A stretch of 64,000 nt of DNA from Eukaryota sp. GEM-RC1 (taxonomy: Eukaryota): the NCBI GenBank assembly GCA_040285855.1, contig JAUFOQ010000006.1, positions 186,001 through 250,000 of the forward strand, read 5' to 3'. The notes beneath the pieces are model-generated. The model was not told the origin of the DNA, did no database searches, and saw nothing but the letters and a program-made list of their open reading frames with translations. Of the stretch, positions 36,227 to 48,850 are shown in pieces (positions within the stretch are counted from its first letter, which is position 1; every line of letters begins with the position of its first letter). The position numbers and the translations under genes were made by a program.

Positions 36227-38468
36227 ATGCTTTCGTCTCTATTTCTACCAACTAGTTTCTTGTCTCATAGTCTTCTAAGTCTTCGGCAACAAGCTACACT
36301 CATAAATTGTTCATTGACCATCAACTACGTGCCCTTTGTGTGCCACAGTGAAATCGTAACCTCTTTTTGTCCCAATTTGTTCCACTATACCAAAGACATT
36401 GAGCTAACCTCACTCAATTCCCTTACTGAGACTTCCTTATTTGCTAACGTCATTGAATCCTTCTACGGACGTACTCTTTCTATTTCCAGTGAGAACAGAG
36501 ATCTTGTTTTACGAATAGCTAGAGCATTAGGCTATAAATCTCTCATTTCTTTTCTCGAATCAGAACCAGAAGTTGATCTGCTTTCCTTCACCACTCTTCC
36601 TCTCTTCAATAATCATCTCTATGGGTTACATAAGGACATACGGGTTTTCTACAAAAACACTTCTTTTCTCACTAATTCTTTGTTGTTGGTGGCTTTTACG
36701 AACAGTCTTTTAAAGTCAGTTTCTTGCGCATCTCTTGAGTTTTCTACTAAATTCATAGTATTTACTGATGAATTCCTTGTACGGGAAAAGAATTTTTTGA
36801 AATTTTTCAATTTAATTTATGGCGAAGTAATCGATTTAAAAATTTCAAATATAATGGAATTCGTAGAATTGTCTCAATTCTTTTCAGTTATTGAAGTACA
36901 AAATCAATGTTTCAACTTTCTTCAAACGAACCAATTCTCATCAAATCAACTCGTCACGTTGATTAAAAATGTTAATAAACGAGGACTAACTCAGTTCTTT
37001 CCAGATAATCCACTAATATTTGAAAATTGTTCTGAAATTGTTTCTGAAGCACCACTTGTTTTAGATTTTTGGTGTATTCGACAGCTTGTTTCTATTTTTG
37101 ATAGTATTTGGGTATTTAAATGTCTAATTAAGAAAATGGAGTCTACCTTGATTGAACCGGACCAACTTTCGCAAATTTTAAATTCTGTAAAGCTGAAGGA
37201 AACAGAATTAGTTAAGTTTTTGAGGTTTCTAGACCTATTATTTTGAACAATACTTTTTTAGAAATTGTGATTCCGTGGTCTCTTCAATTATTTAAATCTA
37301 TTGAATCACCCGTGAATATTCCCAGTGAGTGGTTTTTTTGGGTCTTTCTGAAAGTCAGTCACACGTCATCTTCATCCTCTGAATTGGACTTTTTTGTATC
37401 AAATTTCACGGATATCGTTTCTGTTGAAAATTTAAAATCTTTGAATATTCATTGTCTTTCTCCACAATGTTTCCTTGCGATATGTTCTGCAGTTCCTGAA
37501 GATTATTCTATTTGCTTGTTAAATTCATTAATCAAATCTTTTCCGACTTTCAAGCTGCTTGGGATCTGTCAATCTTTAAGGATTGTATTACGACACTTTT
37601 GGATAAAAGTGCGACACATTTTAACTTTTTTGAAATACTAATGAATTCTCCAAAGAATGATGTTGTTGTTACTTTTATTGATTCTTTGTTTGTCGAGAGT
37701 TCAGATATACTGTTCAATCAATTTAAAAGTTTAGAAAATGTACTTGCTGTTACTGTTCAAGAAAATGAGCTTCTGAAACAAAAATACGAATCAAATTCGA
37801 GCTCAATTAAAAATGCACCAACTCAATTATTTTTGATTGGTCGTGATTATTACCTTGGTAATGGAGTAGGGATCAATCACAAGGAAGCTGTTTTCTACTG
37901 GAAAAAAGCTGCCCAACTAGGTCATACCAACGCGATGCTTAACTATGCATTTTGTTTAAGATATGGACGTGGTGTTCCAAAAGCTTTGGATAAAGCTGTA
38001 TTCTGGTTTCAAAGAGCTGCTTCAAACAATTGTCCTGAAGCCTTTTATCGTCTTGGACTTTGCTTTTTCAATGGAAAAGGAGTTCTACAGTCGACATCTA
38101 AAGCAATTGAATGTTACGAACAAGCTGTAGAGTTGGGTCACCCTGCTGCAATGAATAATTTAGCGTTGATTTTAGATAAGAAATCAATTGGGGAGGATTC
38201 GAAAGTAGTGGAATTGTTTAATAGAGCATGTGAATTAAGTTTTCCACCTGCCCTGTACAATATTGGAATTTTGACTGAAAAAGGACGATTTGTTGAACAA
38301 AGTGTTGAAAACGCTTTAGAATATTTTAAAAAAGCTGCAGAAATGGGATGTTCTAAATCTTTCAAGAAAGTTGTTAAACTTGATGGTATTATTACAATAG
38401 ACCACAATCAATCGACTGGTAAACGTCATTCCGATGAACTCTACAGACGTGGATTGTTAACTGATTAG
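36227..38468 (+). CDS. Tandem BTB-like + SEL1-like (TPR) repeat protein (two homopolymer frameshifts)
   Basis: BTB-like regions (FVCHSEIV..., TNSLLLVAF...FFNLIYG) and five SEL1 repeats (G..Y..G.GV......A..W...AA..G). ORFs join by adding a T at ~37216 and ~37538. Confidence 0.8.
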
Positions 38469-38973
38469 CTTCTTGTTTGTTGTTACCAAGTCCAATTTCT
38501 TTATTGATCTTCTTGGATTCCAATGAATGTTCTACTTGGACTTTTTTTTGATTTTTTGACAGTTAGAATTGTATCAGATTGTTGACTGAATCGGTTGTTG
38601 AGATTGGTTTCATTGTTTTAATGGCTTACAAATATCACGTCATCATTACCTGTCAGTAATGTTCAGTATTTCTAAATATTTCAGTTTTTACAACAGTTTT
38701 TTTTCGATCTTATGGGTAAGGTTTTCTGTAACTTCGTAATCATTATTGTGTACAAACGCTTTGAGCATAAGTTATGGTTGAATCGTATATATTTTATTGT
38801 TTTAAGTTTTTGAACACCCTTTATAATCGTCTCCAGATCTTTACTAGCATTAACTTCGCTTTATGAGGATAATGTTGTGGTAAGATTTGGTAGTGATCGG
38901 GTTTTCAGTATATCACATTTAAAAACTGTTTATTGTTTTGGAAGTTTGATATACACGACCATTCTGTTCTGAC

Positions 38974-40026
38974 CATAGTCCGGAAAACACCGGGCGTGTT
39001 TGAACACGGTGTTGAGTGTGAACGTGTTCTGAACGTGTTGTATTTTTTGGAAGGGTGAGTTGCGGTGTTTTTAGTTGTTGATTGTTTCCAAGCTGTCGTA
39101 TTATAATAGTTTCAAATATATCATTCTTTACTGAATAAAAGGCGGTGAGAACAAATACGAGCTCTTTGGATCTGGAATTGATAGTCACTGATTGAACATG
39201 AATATAAGTTATCCACTACAGTAGTTAACGTTTCAAGAAATTTGTACTATACACTTCACAATTAGTGTGTAACTTCATCTGAATCTCCAAATTGTTCAAG
39301 ATGAAACGGGCTTCAATTTACAGCACCACTGAAACTGATTTTTTGACTTGGAAGCAAGGTGGGTACTCTTGAACTGTGTCTTATACATAAATATCTTATC
39401 TTTATACTCACAATGTATCTGAAATATTCGTGACTAGTAATGATACGATTGTAAAGGTTGTGTCAAGAATGCACATAGAAGGGATGTATTCGATCACTGA
39501 AGGTCAAACATTTTTGATGAGAGGATTGGATGAAAAGCGTGGGTGGATGGGTGGTGGCAGGGCACTTCAAAAAATAATTGCAATATATTGTGAAAATGTA
39601 TGTTGCTGCAATACTGTATTGCAATATTTTTCAACGACAAATATGCTGCTCAAGAGCTACATTACTGTTATTTTATACACCGGTATTTACAACACCCGCC
39701 AATTTTATAATTTATGCTTTGAATACACCACACTACCACTAGATCATGATAAAAAACAACAAAAAAACGGTTTCGCTAATTGGCTGAGTATTGCTTACAA
39801 TAACTGCAATAACGAAACAACATGCAATACCGTACTACAATATTCCAAGCAGTTGCAATACTGTATTGCAATACTGCAATACAGTGTTATTGCAATAATT
39901 GCAAAATGCAATTATTTTTTGAAGAGCCCTGGGTGGTGGTGTTGTAGCGGTGTTCAACACGGTGTTGAGTGTGAACGTGTTCTGAACGTGTTGTAATTGA
40001 AAGAACACGTGTTTTTCCGTACTATG
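38974..40026. mobile_element. Non-autonomous hAT-type element (host of a nested MITE)
   Basis: TIRs CATAGT(C/A)CGGAAAA; 8-bp TSD GTTCTGAC / GTTCTAAC; perfect 40-bp subterminal direct repeat at 39003-39042 and 39956-39995. Confidence 0.85.
39558..39931. mobile_element. hAT-type MITE nested in 38974-40026
   Basis: 25-bp TIRs CAGGGC(A/T)CTTCAAAAAATAATTGCA; perfect 8-bp TSD GGTGGTGG; many subterminal TGCAATA/TATTGCA motifs. Confidence 0.92.
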
Positions 40027-40679
40027 GTTCTAACAGACAGCTTTAATAGAAAGGCTCCCAATGAGATTTCTTTACTTTTTGAGATGGTTAGGGGATTGTT
40101 TTTAAAACAGTAAATGATTCAACCATAACATATGATCAAAACGTTTGTTCATCCTATTTTTTACGATTTTTCCAAAATCTTTCAAAAGATTCAATAACAT
40201 CTTCCTAAACGTTCGTAGAATGATACATGAAAAGGGCATCGTTCACATTTGACCATGCTTTACATTAGAGCCATCAAAACAAATTAGAATACAATTTCTA
40301 TCAATTGCCAAATCGTTGAGATTACCTACTCTAAGTAACGTAGCAATGGTGGTGGTAGTTCAGTGTGAGAACGCGCTAACTTAACTGTGTAAACTTAATA
40401 ACTACACTATCATCTAACACAGTTCAGTACCTGAGGTCGCAGAAGCAAGACAACGGTGTCGTTTCTCCTCAAGGGGTTTTGTTGAAGGTTGTGGTTCTTC
40501 AACGATTTCAGAACCAAAGCAATTGTATCAAAGCAAAACTTAAACAATGTTAGAACAGTTACAGTCAGACTACACAACAAATATTTACAATAAAGTCACA
40601 AAAATCAAATCTATCTTAAACGATATCGACAATGTTTCTCAACGAGTTCCTTCATCTCTTGGTCAAAATATCCAGAAGT

Positions 40680-41975
40680 TCAGATGGACTCCACAGTTGT
40701 ATTAACCATCAACGCGTCAAATAAAGCACAAAGTGCTGGCTTCTGAAGATCGGTGCCTGTCAACCACAGCGTTTGCAATGTGGTATTTTCCTTTAGTGCT
40801 TCAGCAAGAGCAAAGCAACCATCATCACTGATTTTGTTGAAGGAAAGGTTCAAATCAAGGAGACTAGAGTTGGATCTGATGGTTTCTGCAAATGCAACAG
40901 CCACTTCATTCGGCAAACCATTTTGGCCAATATTAAACTTTTTTAAAGATGAGTTGTGTTTAAGAGCTTCTGCTACAGCTATGGCTCCTTCAGTCTCAAT
41001 ATCAGTATTACCTAACCCCAGTTCAACAAGAGACTCGTTTGAGATCAGCAATTCAGCAATAGCTTTACCTCCTTCAACACCAAGGGGGTTCCAGTCTAAC
41101 TCCAGTTTAGACAATGAATTGTGGTGTTTCAAAGCATTGGTTAGTGCCAGACATGCTTCTGGACCGATACTATTTTTAGATAAGTCAACAACTGAAAGTG
41201 ACTCATTGTTCATCAAACCCTTGGCTAAGCATATGGCTGCTACATCACCAATGGAGTTGTGGGGAAGAAGAAGCTCTTTCAATGACAATGAACTGGTCAA
41301 TGCATCAGCTAGAGCAATAGCAGCATCTTCAGTAACATAAGACCAAGAATAGTCAAGCTTCTCAATGGTACTATTGTGTTGTAAGGATTCCGCAATATGA
41401 GTAAAACCAGATCTAAACTTGGAGAGGTTCAGCGTCTTTACGCTGGTGTTATGCTTCAGACTTTCAGCTAAAGTAGCCAACATGATACCCTCATTGTCAT
41501 CATCACAGCCAGATACATCAAACACTGTTAAGGACGTGTTGAATTTGACAGCTTCAGCAAGTGCTACTTGTCCCTCTATTCCAATGGGATTGCTTACAAT
41601 GAGAAAAGTTTCGATGCTAGAGTTTTCCTTTAGTGCGTTAGCGATCGCCTTTGCTCCTTCATTTCCTATCTTGTTTCGGTGTAAATTTAGGGTCTTAATG
41701 GTAGTGTTCACCTTCAAACCTTCTGCCAAGATTATGGCCATCTCATTGTCAATATCACAATCACGGAGATGAAGGCGTTGAGCTTTATTTTTGGTTATGA
41801 GGGCATCGGTTAATGCTTCAATGTCAATTCTTGACAAAGTTTTACCATCAACGTCAAGACTTGCAGAAGCATATCGTTCAATCGCTTTCAGTATACGTTG
41901 TACGTCAGGATGAAGAGCATTTTGTTCCTCTACAGAAGGTTCAGAGCTCAACTTGGTAGTGAAGACAGCAGCCAT
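40680..41975 (-). CDS. RI-type (NLRC3-like) LRR protein
   Basis: About 13 28-aa LRRs (L.L..N.IG.EG..A.A.ALK.N.SL). Coding-like sequence continues for 22 codons past the TGA. Confidence 0.88.
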   Translation of the reverse strand: MAAVFTTKLSSEPSVEEQNALHPDVQRILKAIERYASASLDVDGKTLSRIDIEALTDALITKNKAQRLHLRDCDIDNEMAIILAEGLKVNTTIKTLNLHRNKIGNEGAKAIANALKENSSIETFLIVSNPIGIEGQVALAEAVKFNTSLTVFDVSGCDDDNEGIMLATLAESLKHNTSVKTLNLSKFRSGFTHIAESLQHNSTIEKLDYSWSYVTEDAAIALADALTSSLSLKELLLPHNSIGDVAAICLAKGLMNNESLSVVDLSKNSIGPEACLALTNALKHHNSLSKLELDWNPLGVEGGKAIAELLISNESLVELGLGNTDIETEGAIAVAEALKHNSSLKKFNIGQNGLPNEVAVAFAETIRSNSSLLDLNLSFNKISDDGCFALAEALKENTTLQTLWLTGTDLQKPALCALFDALMVNTTVESI

Positions 41976-42526
41976 CGATGGAAGAGTTTAAAGGCAAATT
42001 GACGTTTACACACATTATCATGTGCGCTCTTCAGTTGAATTTGATAGAGTAACAATAGATTTGTTCTTGAAGATCCTGGGTTAGGTTTCCTGTCTTAGCC
42101 AGTCAATATCGTTTAAGTACTGATTCGTCAAATTTGTATTCAAGTTAGTGTATCAGTCATGTTGAGAATTGGTACTCGTCTTAAGTCAAACTTCGAACAA
42201 ACTGGTTGTTGAGTATGTTGTGTCCATAATTATTGTGGATCACATTGTTTAATCTTACATAGGCAATTGCTATATCATTAGTCCACCACTTCTGAAATTA
42301 AAATGACGTGACGATCACGAAATTATACTGCTAGAACTCTGATAACATTTGTGTGTCCATAGATCGTTGAAATCAAAAAAAATATTTAAAACAAACTTGT
42401 TCTCTAAACTCTAGAAATTTAATTGCTAAACCCTTTTGTTGGACAAATTTAAGACGAATTTATAATCAACACTTGAATTTGAAACTGTATTGAATACACT
42501 CCATTTGAAAACCTCAATTATTCAAA

Positions 42527-45500
42527 TTAAGTCAAATATAATGATGCAGCAAATACGATATCTCGTCTTAAACACTTCGAAACCTCCTCCATTTGAGCGG
42601 ATAGAATTCGATCTCCAATAACATAAGCTGCATTTCGAATATCTCTACAAGTCTCATCTAATCTTAAAATTGACCTAACAATAGTACCTTCAGGGATATC
42701 AGTAAGTTCAGTTATAGAAGAAAATGATTCTCCATTTGCCCAGTGATAGACAACGTCCATGAGAGAGAAATTAATTGAATTTTTCAAATATTCTGCAGCG
42801 TCTGTTTCTAAGCCGTTTTTTTGTTGAATTAATGCTAATCCGACAGTTACTTTTGTGACAAAATCTTTTGCAGTTAACAAATTTGGCGGTAGGTCAAAAT
42901 CTGGTTGAGATCTAGTTTTTGGTGCAACAAATATACTCAAAATTGAAGCAACTTCAGCAGGCTCTAATTTCTGCAACAAATTTTCAAAAATTGCTTCAGT
43001 AATGATTAAATCCTCTACTGTCGACAATTCACACGCCACACGACCCTTCAAAAGAACATTATTCTCTTCATCGATATACTTCAACTGTCTTAACACCTTC
43101 AGCCGACAATTTAGATCCGGAATTAAAGCCAAGGCAGCATCCGACAATCTGTGAGCTAGTTCATTTGCATTGTGTTCATAATGGAACTTTTGAGAAATCG
43201 TTGGGTAATGGTCGTCCAATCTTGGACATTTATGAGCTGTATTTGCTTCTGAAAGGGAAAGTAGGGTTGCTTTTGATTGCTGGATGTCTGCGAAATCAAT
43301 ATGATTGAAGATGCCAAGTGATTGTCCATCATGCCAATCAACTTGCTCAGTATTGATTTTAGCAGTAATTTCATTTTTAATACTTTCTAAAAACTTTGTT
43401 CTCAAGGGTTCTAATGAGGCTAAGGAAGGGTTAAGTTTGAGACTGGATTTAGATACTCGGACTATGGTCTCAATTGGAAAAGAGCGGGTGTAGCAAGTAG
43501 AAAATAAGGAGGTTTGGGGTTTGGATATTTTAACATATGGGAGGGCTTTGGGGAAAATATCTTCAAAAATTAATAATTTAACAGTGTTTTCAGATTTTTG
43601 AAGGACTAGACCCAAATCATAGTGTTGACGATTCTTTAGCAGCACAATTGATCCGCACTCAATCACTTCACGTGACCGTCTTGCCAACTCAATCATGAGC
43701 TGATCTAAATCAGCAACTTTTTGATTGATTTCATGATAATCATCAATAACGTCAACACAACCATAGGGACACTCAATCTGAGGTAAAGATTCCAAAAGAT
43801 GTTTCATCTTTTGTAACATATTCTTATAAGAAGGCAACATCTTGGACAAATGATTCTCATAATACGAAAGTCTCAACATTTCTCCTATACCCAGAGCTTT
43901 TGTTCGTAACAAGTTCAACAACATGTTATAAGAAACTCTGAATTGTGAAGTAAGTTTGGTAGGGCGACCTCTAACAACTCCCTTAAGAGTAGGTTCATCA
44001 GGAACTTCAGATAACCAAAGGACAATGTAAACGTTACCTTCCTTATCAAGTCCACGTCGTCCTGCTCTTCCTGATATCTGAGTGAACTCTGACGGGTGGA
44101 GGAAGCGGAATTCCCTACCATCATGCTTCTTAAGACCAGCGAAAATGACAGACTGTAATGAGAAAGGAAATGAGAACAAACACGTGCAGGCTGAAGTTAG
44201 TTAGTATAAGGACACAAACCATATTGATGCCCATTGCAAAGGTTTCAGTGGCGATGAGAACAGATATTAAACCTCTCTGGAACAACATTTCAACTATTTC
44301 CTTGAGAATTGGCAAAAGACCAGCGTGGTGAATGCCAATGCCACGTACCAAGAGGTCAGAAACACGACGTATTTGAGGCAGATTTTGATCTTCTGCGGAT
44401 AGCCTCTTATTCAACGACTTCTTAATAAACAAATGAATCGCTGACGTATCACTGGAGAAGTCAAGGGAAGTCAAATGATCAGCTACTTCCTCACATCCTT
44501 TCTTACTAAAACAAAAGACAATGGCAGGTAGTAGTTCTTTCTTCTTCAAATGATTAATTAGGGACATCCACTGAGACATGTAAGCACGGGCTGATCTAGA
44601 AGTATTGGCAAGAATGGACTTTGCCTGCTTTAAAGACGCGGAATCAAATGATCCCTTTTGGTCAATCAATTTGATTGGATTGGATGTGCCAGTTGCTAAG
44701 TAGTAAACCAGTGGGACAGGTCTAAAAGGGGTTGTGATTATCCACACGAATTTCTTTTGAATTCGTCCCACCCAATCAGCAAACTCTGAGAGATTCGGGA
44801 CAGTCGCCTGAAATAAGAATTTTTAAATTTGGTAAAACATACTGACAAGAGTACAGTTTGAACAGTTTTTGGTAGAAGAATTAAACATTCTTCCCAAACA
44901 ACACCTCGTTCTGGGTCACTAAAGTCAAAAATTTAAAATAATGTACATACTTCAAGTAATGACATTCATCAAATATTACAAATTGAGTGTCTCTAATGAT
45001 ATCAGCTCCTCTGTAAAGAAGATTTCTAAGGATTTCTGTTGTCATAATTAAACAAGATGCTGTTGGATTGAGAGTCACGTCACCGGTCATAATTCCCACG
45101 TCATCAAATCGTTCTTTAAAATCTCGATATTTCTGGTTGGAAAGAGTTTTGATTGGTGACGTGTAGATTGTTTTGGCCCCAATTTTCTTAGCCATTCCAA
45201 GAGCGTATTCAGCAACAACAGTTTTTCCTGCACTAATGTAAGTAAATAATTTAAAATAATTCAAACCTTGTATGAGCAGCCACAAACACATTTTCTCCAG
45301 ACTCAAGCCTTAAGATTGCACGTTTTTGGAAGGTATCCAGTTCAAAGGGGAAAGTGAGAGCTGGAAACGGTAAGCGTGAATGAAAATCATCGACATTTGA
45401 TTGATCCAGTTCAGCATATCCAGTTTTTTTCCTAGTCACTCCCACCATGGAAGCCAAATCAATTTCATCAGAGAAAAGCTCATCAAATTCTGTATCTAAA

Positions 45501-46376
45501 TCAGTAAAATCAAGAGGACCACCAGTGAGCTCTTCTTTTTCTGCTTGACTTCCCGCGACTTCCTCTATAACGTCATCAGGTTCCTGAGAACTTTCTAGAG
45601 ACAACATTGATTCGGATACTTTGGCGGCTGACTTTCGAAGACTTTTTGACTTTTGAGAACCCAAAACAATATTATCTTGTAATAAATCATAATCATCGTT
45701 ATAATCTACAGAAGTCCTTGGGAAAGAGCCCTGATAGTAACTTAAAACCTTTTGAATTTCTTCTTCATCTACAGTTTCAAATAAATTACTCCGCTGAACA
45801 ACAGATTCTACAGTTCCAGAGGTTTCTTCTTGTACCCCGGGAGTGATACCGGGGGGTAGACCTGGGAGAGTGGATAAGAGCTTCTCGTTTGCAATTAATT
45901 CATCTAAATTATCAACAACTTTGTCATAAGACTGTGCAGTGGATATTGTTGAAGTTTTAGATGCAGGTTCAAAAGGAAGATATTCCACTGATCCTTTGTT
46001 TCTTTTGTGTAGAGGGATAGATCGTCTGGTAAGAGAGGAAGAAGTGGTGGGATCTGATGCAGATGTTGACTGCTGAGTGGATATTATTGAGCCAGTCAGA
46101 GGATCGCGAATGAATCGTAATGAAGGGAGAGACGAGAGCTCAGGAAGAGAAAGTAGCTCTTCAGGTTTAAATCGAGGAATGAAGAACTGATGTAGTTCTT
46201 CCAGAGGTCCGGTAGAACCTAGCTGAGGAGATAGACTAAGAAAGTGTTCAGAAAGTGTCCGAGATAAAGGGACATATTCATCAGAATGTGTAGGGATTTC
46301 AGTGAATGGATGAAGTGACGGTTCAGAGGATAAAAAAGACTTTACCTGTTGCAGGGTTTATAAGGGGGGTGACCAT
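42527..46376 (-). CDS. SKI2: SKI2/SKIV2L exosome-associated RNA helicase (5 introns)
   Basis: [77 protein letters not shown], and DSHCT C-terminus [11 protein letters not shown]-terminal RDPLTG is Ski2-like. Introns at 45233-45266, 44919-44950, 44808-44842, 44191-44219 and 44153-44181. The start at 46376 needs one frameshift near 46335. Confidence 0.93.
44182..44190 (-). other. 9-nt micro-exon (Pro-Ala-Arg) in SKI2
   Basis: CCTGCACGT between two 29-nt GTTTG...CAG introns; restores the conserved GINM-PAR-SV. Confidence 0.9.
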
Positions 46377-46465
46377 TATTCTAGGATGTGTTTATTGAGA
46401 GGATTGCAAAACACCGCTGTGAAGATGTGAATTAAAAAAATCCATTCACCACAAAACCTCCGACA

Positions 46466-48171
46466 ATGCCTGAAGCTCTGACTAGGCGTTGTCAGATCCA
46501 AGAGCTTGACAAACGTCAAATTGGCCGAGATATGGAGATAAGAATCGGATCCCATATTGTTCGTCTCCACAAGTTCGCCGCTGAACCCTTCTTCGCTGAC
46601 GATCTCCCTGAAGAAATTGCCCTCGATGCCGATGTAGACCCCGACATCCTCAACAAGCTCCTCTCCATTGTGTACGGCAATCCTCCGGCGACTCCCCCAT
46701 CCAACGAGAAGAAAGAGTATTTCCGTATCGCTGCCGCCTTGCAGTTGAATCTGTTCTTCGATGATACGTTTGGCGCTAATCCTCCGTATGAAGAAATGAA
46801 GATCGAATGGCCACAAGACTTAACCATCATTTACAAGTCCCAGAAACAGACCTTCAGTTCCTTAAAGCTCTCGTTAACTTCGAACTACTTCTGCTCCTCT
46901 CCTCCGAAAATAGACTGCTCTGACCTTTTCTCTCTTGCTGACGATGAATTTTGGAGTCTCATCCAATTTTTAAATTCTGCTTCGGACCTGACCCTCACAA
47001 AGAATAACGTTCTCCGCTACCTAGCTGCTGCTGATCATTTTCACTGCCAACAACTTGTGAGGGATTGCTGGAGTCTTGTGTTAGACCCGGAGCTTTTCCC
47101 TGCCCTAGAAGCTCCTCATCTGTTCATGGATTTCTTCCACAGTTGCACTGAACGAGAGTTGAAGTATATATTGGACCGAAATACTGTCTATCTTAGCTAT
47201 GTTCCAGATGATCTGAATCCTGTCCCTTTGCAATTAGACAAAGTCGTCCTCTTATCCAATGTGATCAACACCAACTTCCTCTTCCAATGCTTGAAATTGA
47301 TGCCTCCTACAATGGTCAAACCAACTGCTCTACGAAGAATCCTCCACGATTCCAAGCCACCGTCTCACTTCAAACTGCTACTGCTTGAGCTGCTTGTTCC
47401 GAACCCAGATTTGGAAGACCAAATTGCTGACTATCTGACCAAAAATGTCCATTTGCTAAAGACCACCAATTCTGAACATTTATGGAAACTTGTGCTGAAC
47501 CAACAAAGGAACTCCAACTCCATCGCACGAACACTTTCTTCCATGGATCAAAAGAATTGCCAGCCCCTTCTTTGAATCTGTCCGCCTTAAATTGTCTTCT
47601 TCCTCAAATACAAGGAAGACATGAGTGGCTCCTAGAGTTGTTCATTAAGGCTGTCGAAGAAGGGGTTGAGGAGCAAGAGCTCGAAGAGACATTGGAAATT
47701 CTATTGCAGACAAGCAAATTGGAGCGACACGTTCTATATCACAAGTTGGATGACTTGTTTGATAGATTTGGACATGGTGAAATTCTTGAGCGATATTTCA
47801 AGATGATCGTGCCAGAACACATATCACTGATCGCCCAACTAAACTTAGCTGTTGAAGAGATGCATCAGCGTATAACTGACCTTGAAAGTAAGAATCAACG
47901 ACTTGTTGAAGAGCTTTCTAAAAGTCAACATAAACTCGACTTCCCGAGAGAATGCCGTGAACACCACAGGCATTATGATAGTATGAGGAACTCATTGATT
48001 TGGAATCCCTGTTCTACAGAAACGAAGTGTTTCGGGGGTGACGAAGAATTGATGATGTTACCGTCAAGTCTATCAGGAAGCGAGATAAAATTAAGCCTGG
48101 ACATAATGAATTTATGTTCCAGCATAATTAAAAAAGAGACCAACATTCTTTGTTCGGAGTCTCTTTTATAA
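46466..48171 (+). CDS. BTB-like domain protein with C-terminal coiled coil (one frameshift)
   Basis: DMEIRIG..VRLHK and DLTIIYK...LSLTSNYF (BTB-like). One added A at ~47550 joins the ORFs; coiled coil LNLAVEEMHQRITDLE. Confidence 0.7.
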
Positions 48172-48181
48172 TCCCACAAGA

Positions 48182-48366
48182 AAATTTTAATTGTGGTATA
48201 ATCTATAATTGTAATGTGTTTGATTCAATTAATCAAACATTTTTATAGAAAATAATTGTAAAATATAGTGTAAATACAAAATTAATAAAATTAGATGTTT
48301 GATCGTGTTGTAATTTGTTTTTACCCCACTGATTTTTTTGAAATGTTCATACTTGACCAATATCAG
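48182..48366 (+). repeat. Dispersed AT-rich repeat, inverted copy at 61955-62137
   Basis: AAATTTTAATTGTGGT.TAATCTATAATTGTAATGTGTTTGATTCAATTAATCAAACA...AATTAGATGTTTGA is nearly identical to the reverse complement of 62016-62137, with looser similarity beyond. Confidence 0.85.
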
Positions 48367-48850
48367 CTTAAAAATAACACATTTTTTGACAAATATCAAA
48401 TGATTGGTTTAGTAAATTAATATATCCCTCCAATCTCTCTTTTTTTGTTTCTCAAGCAACTGAAAATTGAATTTAATATAGTTTCATTGCTGAAACAGAT
48501 GTATAGTATACGGCACGAAATCAATAAAGAAAAGGGCCATATGCACTTAATAGAAACCCATCTATAGAAGGATAGTTTACGGTTAAGTCCAGAGGAATCT
48601 ACTTCCTTATCTACTTCCTTATCTACTTCAGTGAGAATTAATTTACCTTTGATCGCATCCAGAGCCCTGAGTAGTCAATTTTATTAGGGTTTATATTCGA
48701 AGATGATTTAAATTTGCAGAAATCTTTGACTTTTAGGAGTTAGTGTGACAGTTGATATATTTTCTAGTCAAATAGAAACAAACGATCTTTGTTCGGGTAC
48801 TCTTGATGACCAAATTCTTACTTAAGGAAAAGTTACAATCATATTCACTA

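Noticed and set aside
39430..39996. 188-aa Cys-rich ORF
   Set aside because: It runs through the nested MITE and its TGCAATA repeats; no protein-like features.
14759..40682. Alternative genetic code (stop reassignment)
   Set aside because: Only three in-frame stops, one of each type. Conserved genes end normally at TAA (SKI2), TGA (mtnN) and TAG (MATE) and have no internal stops.
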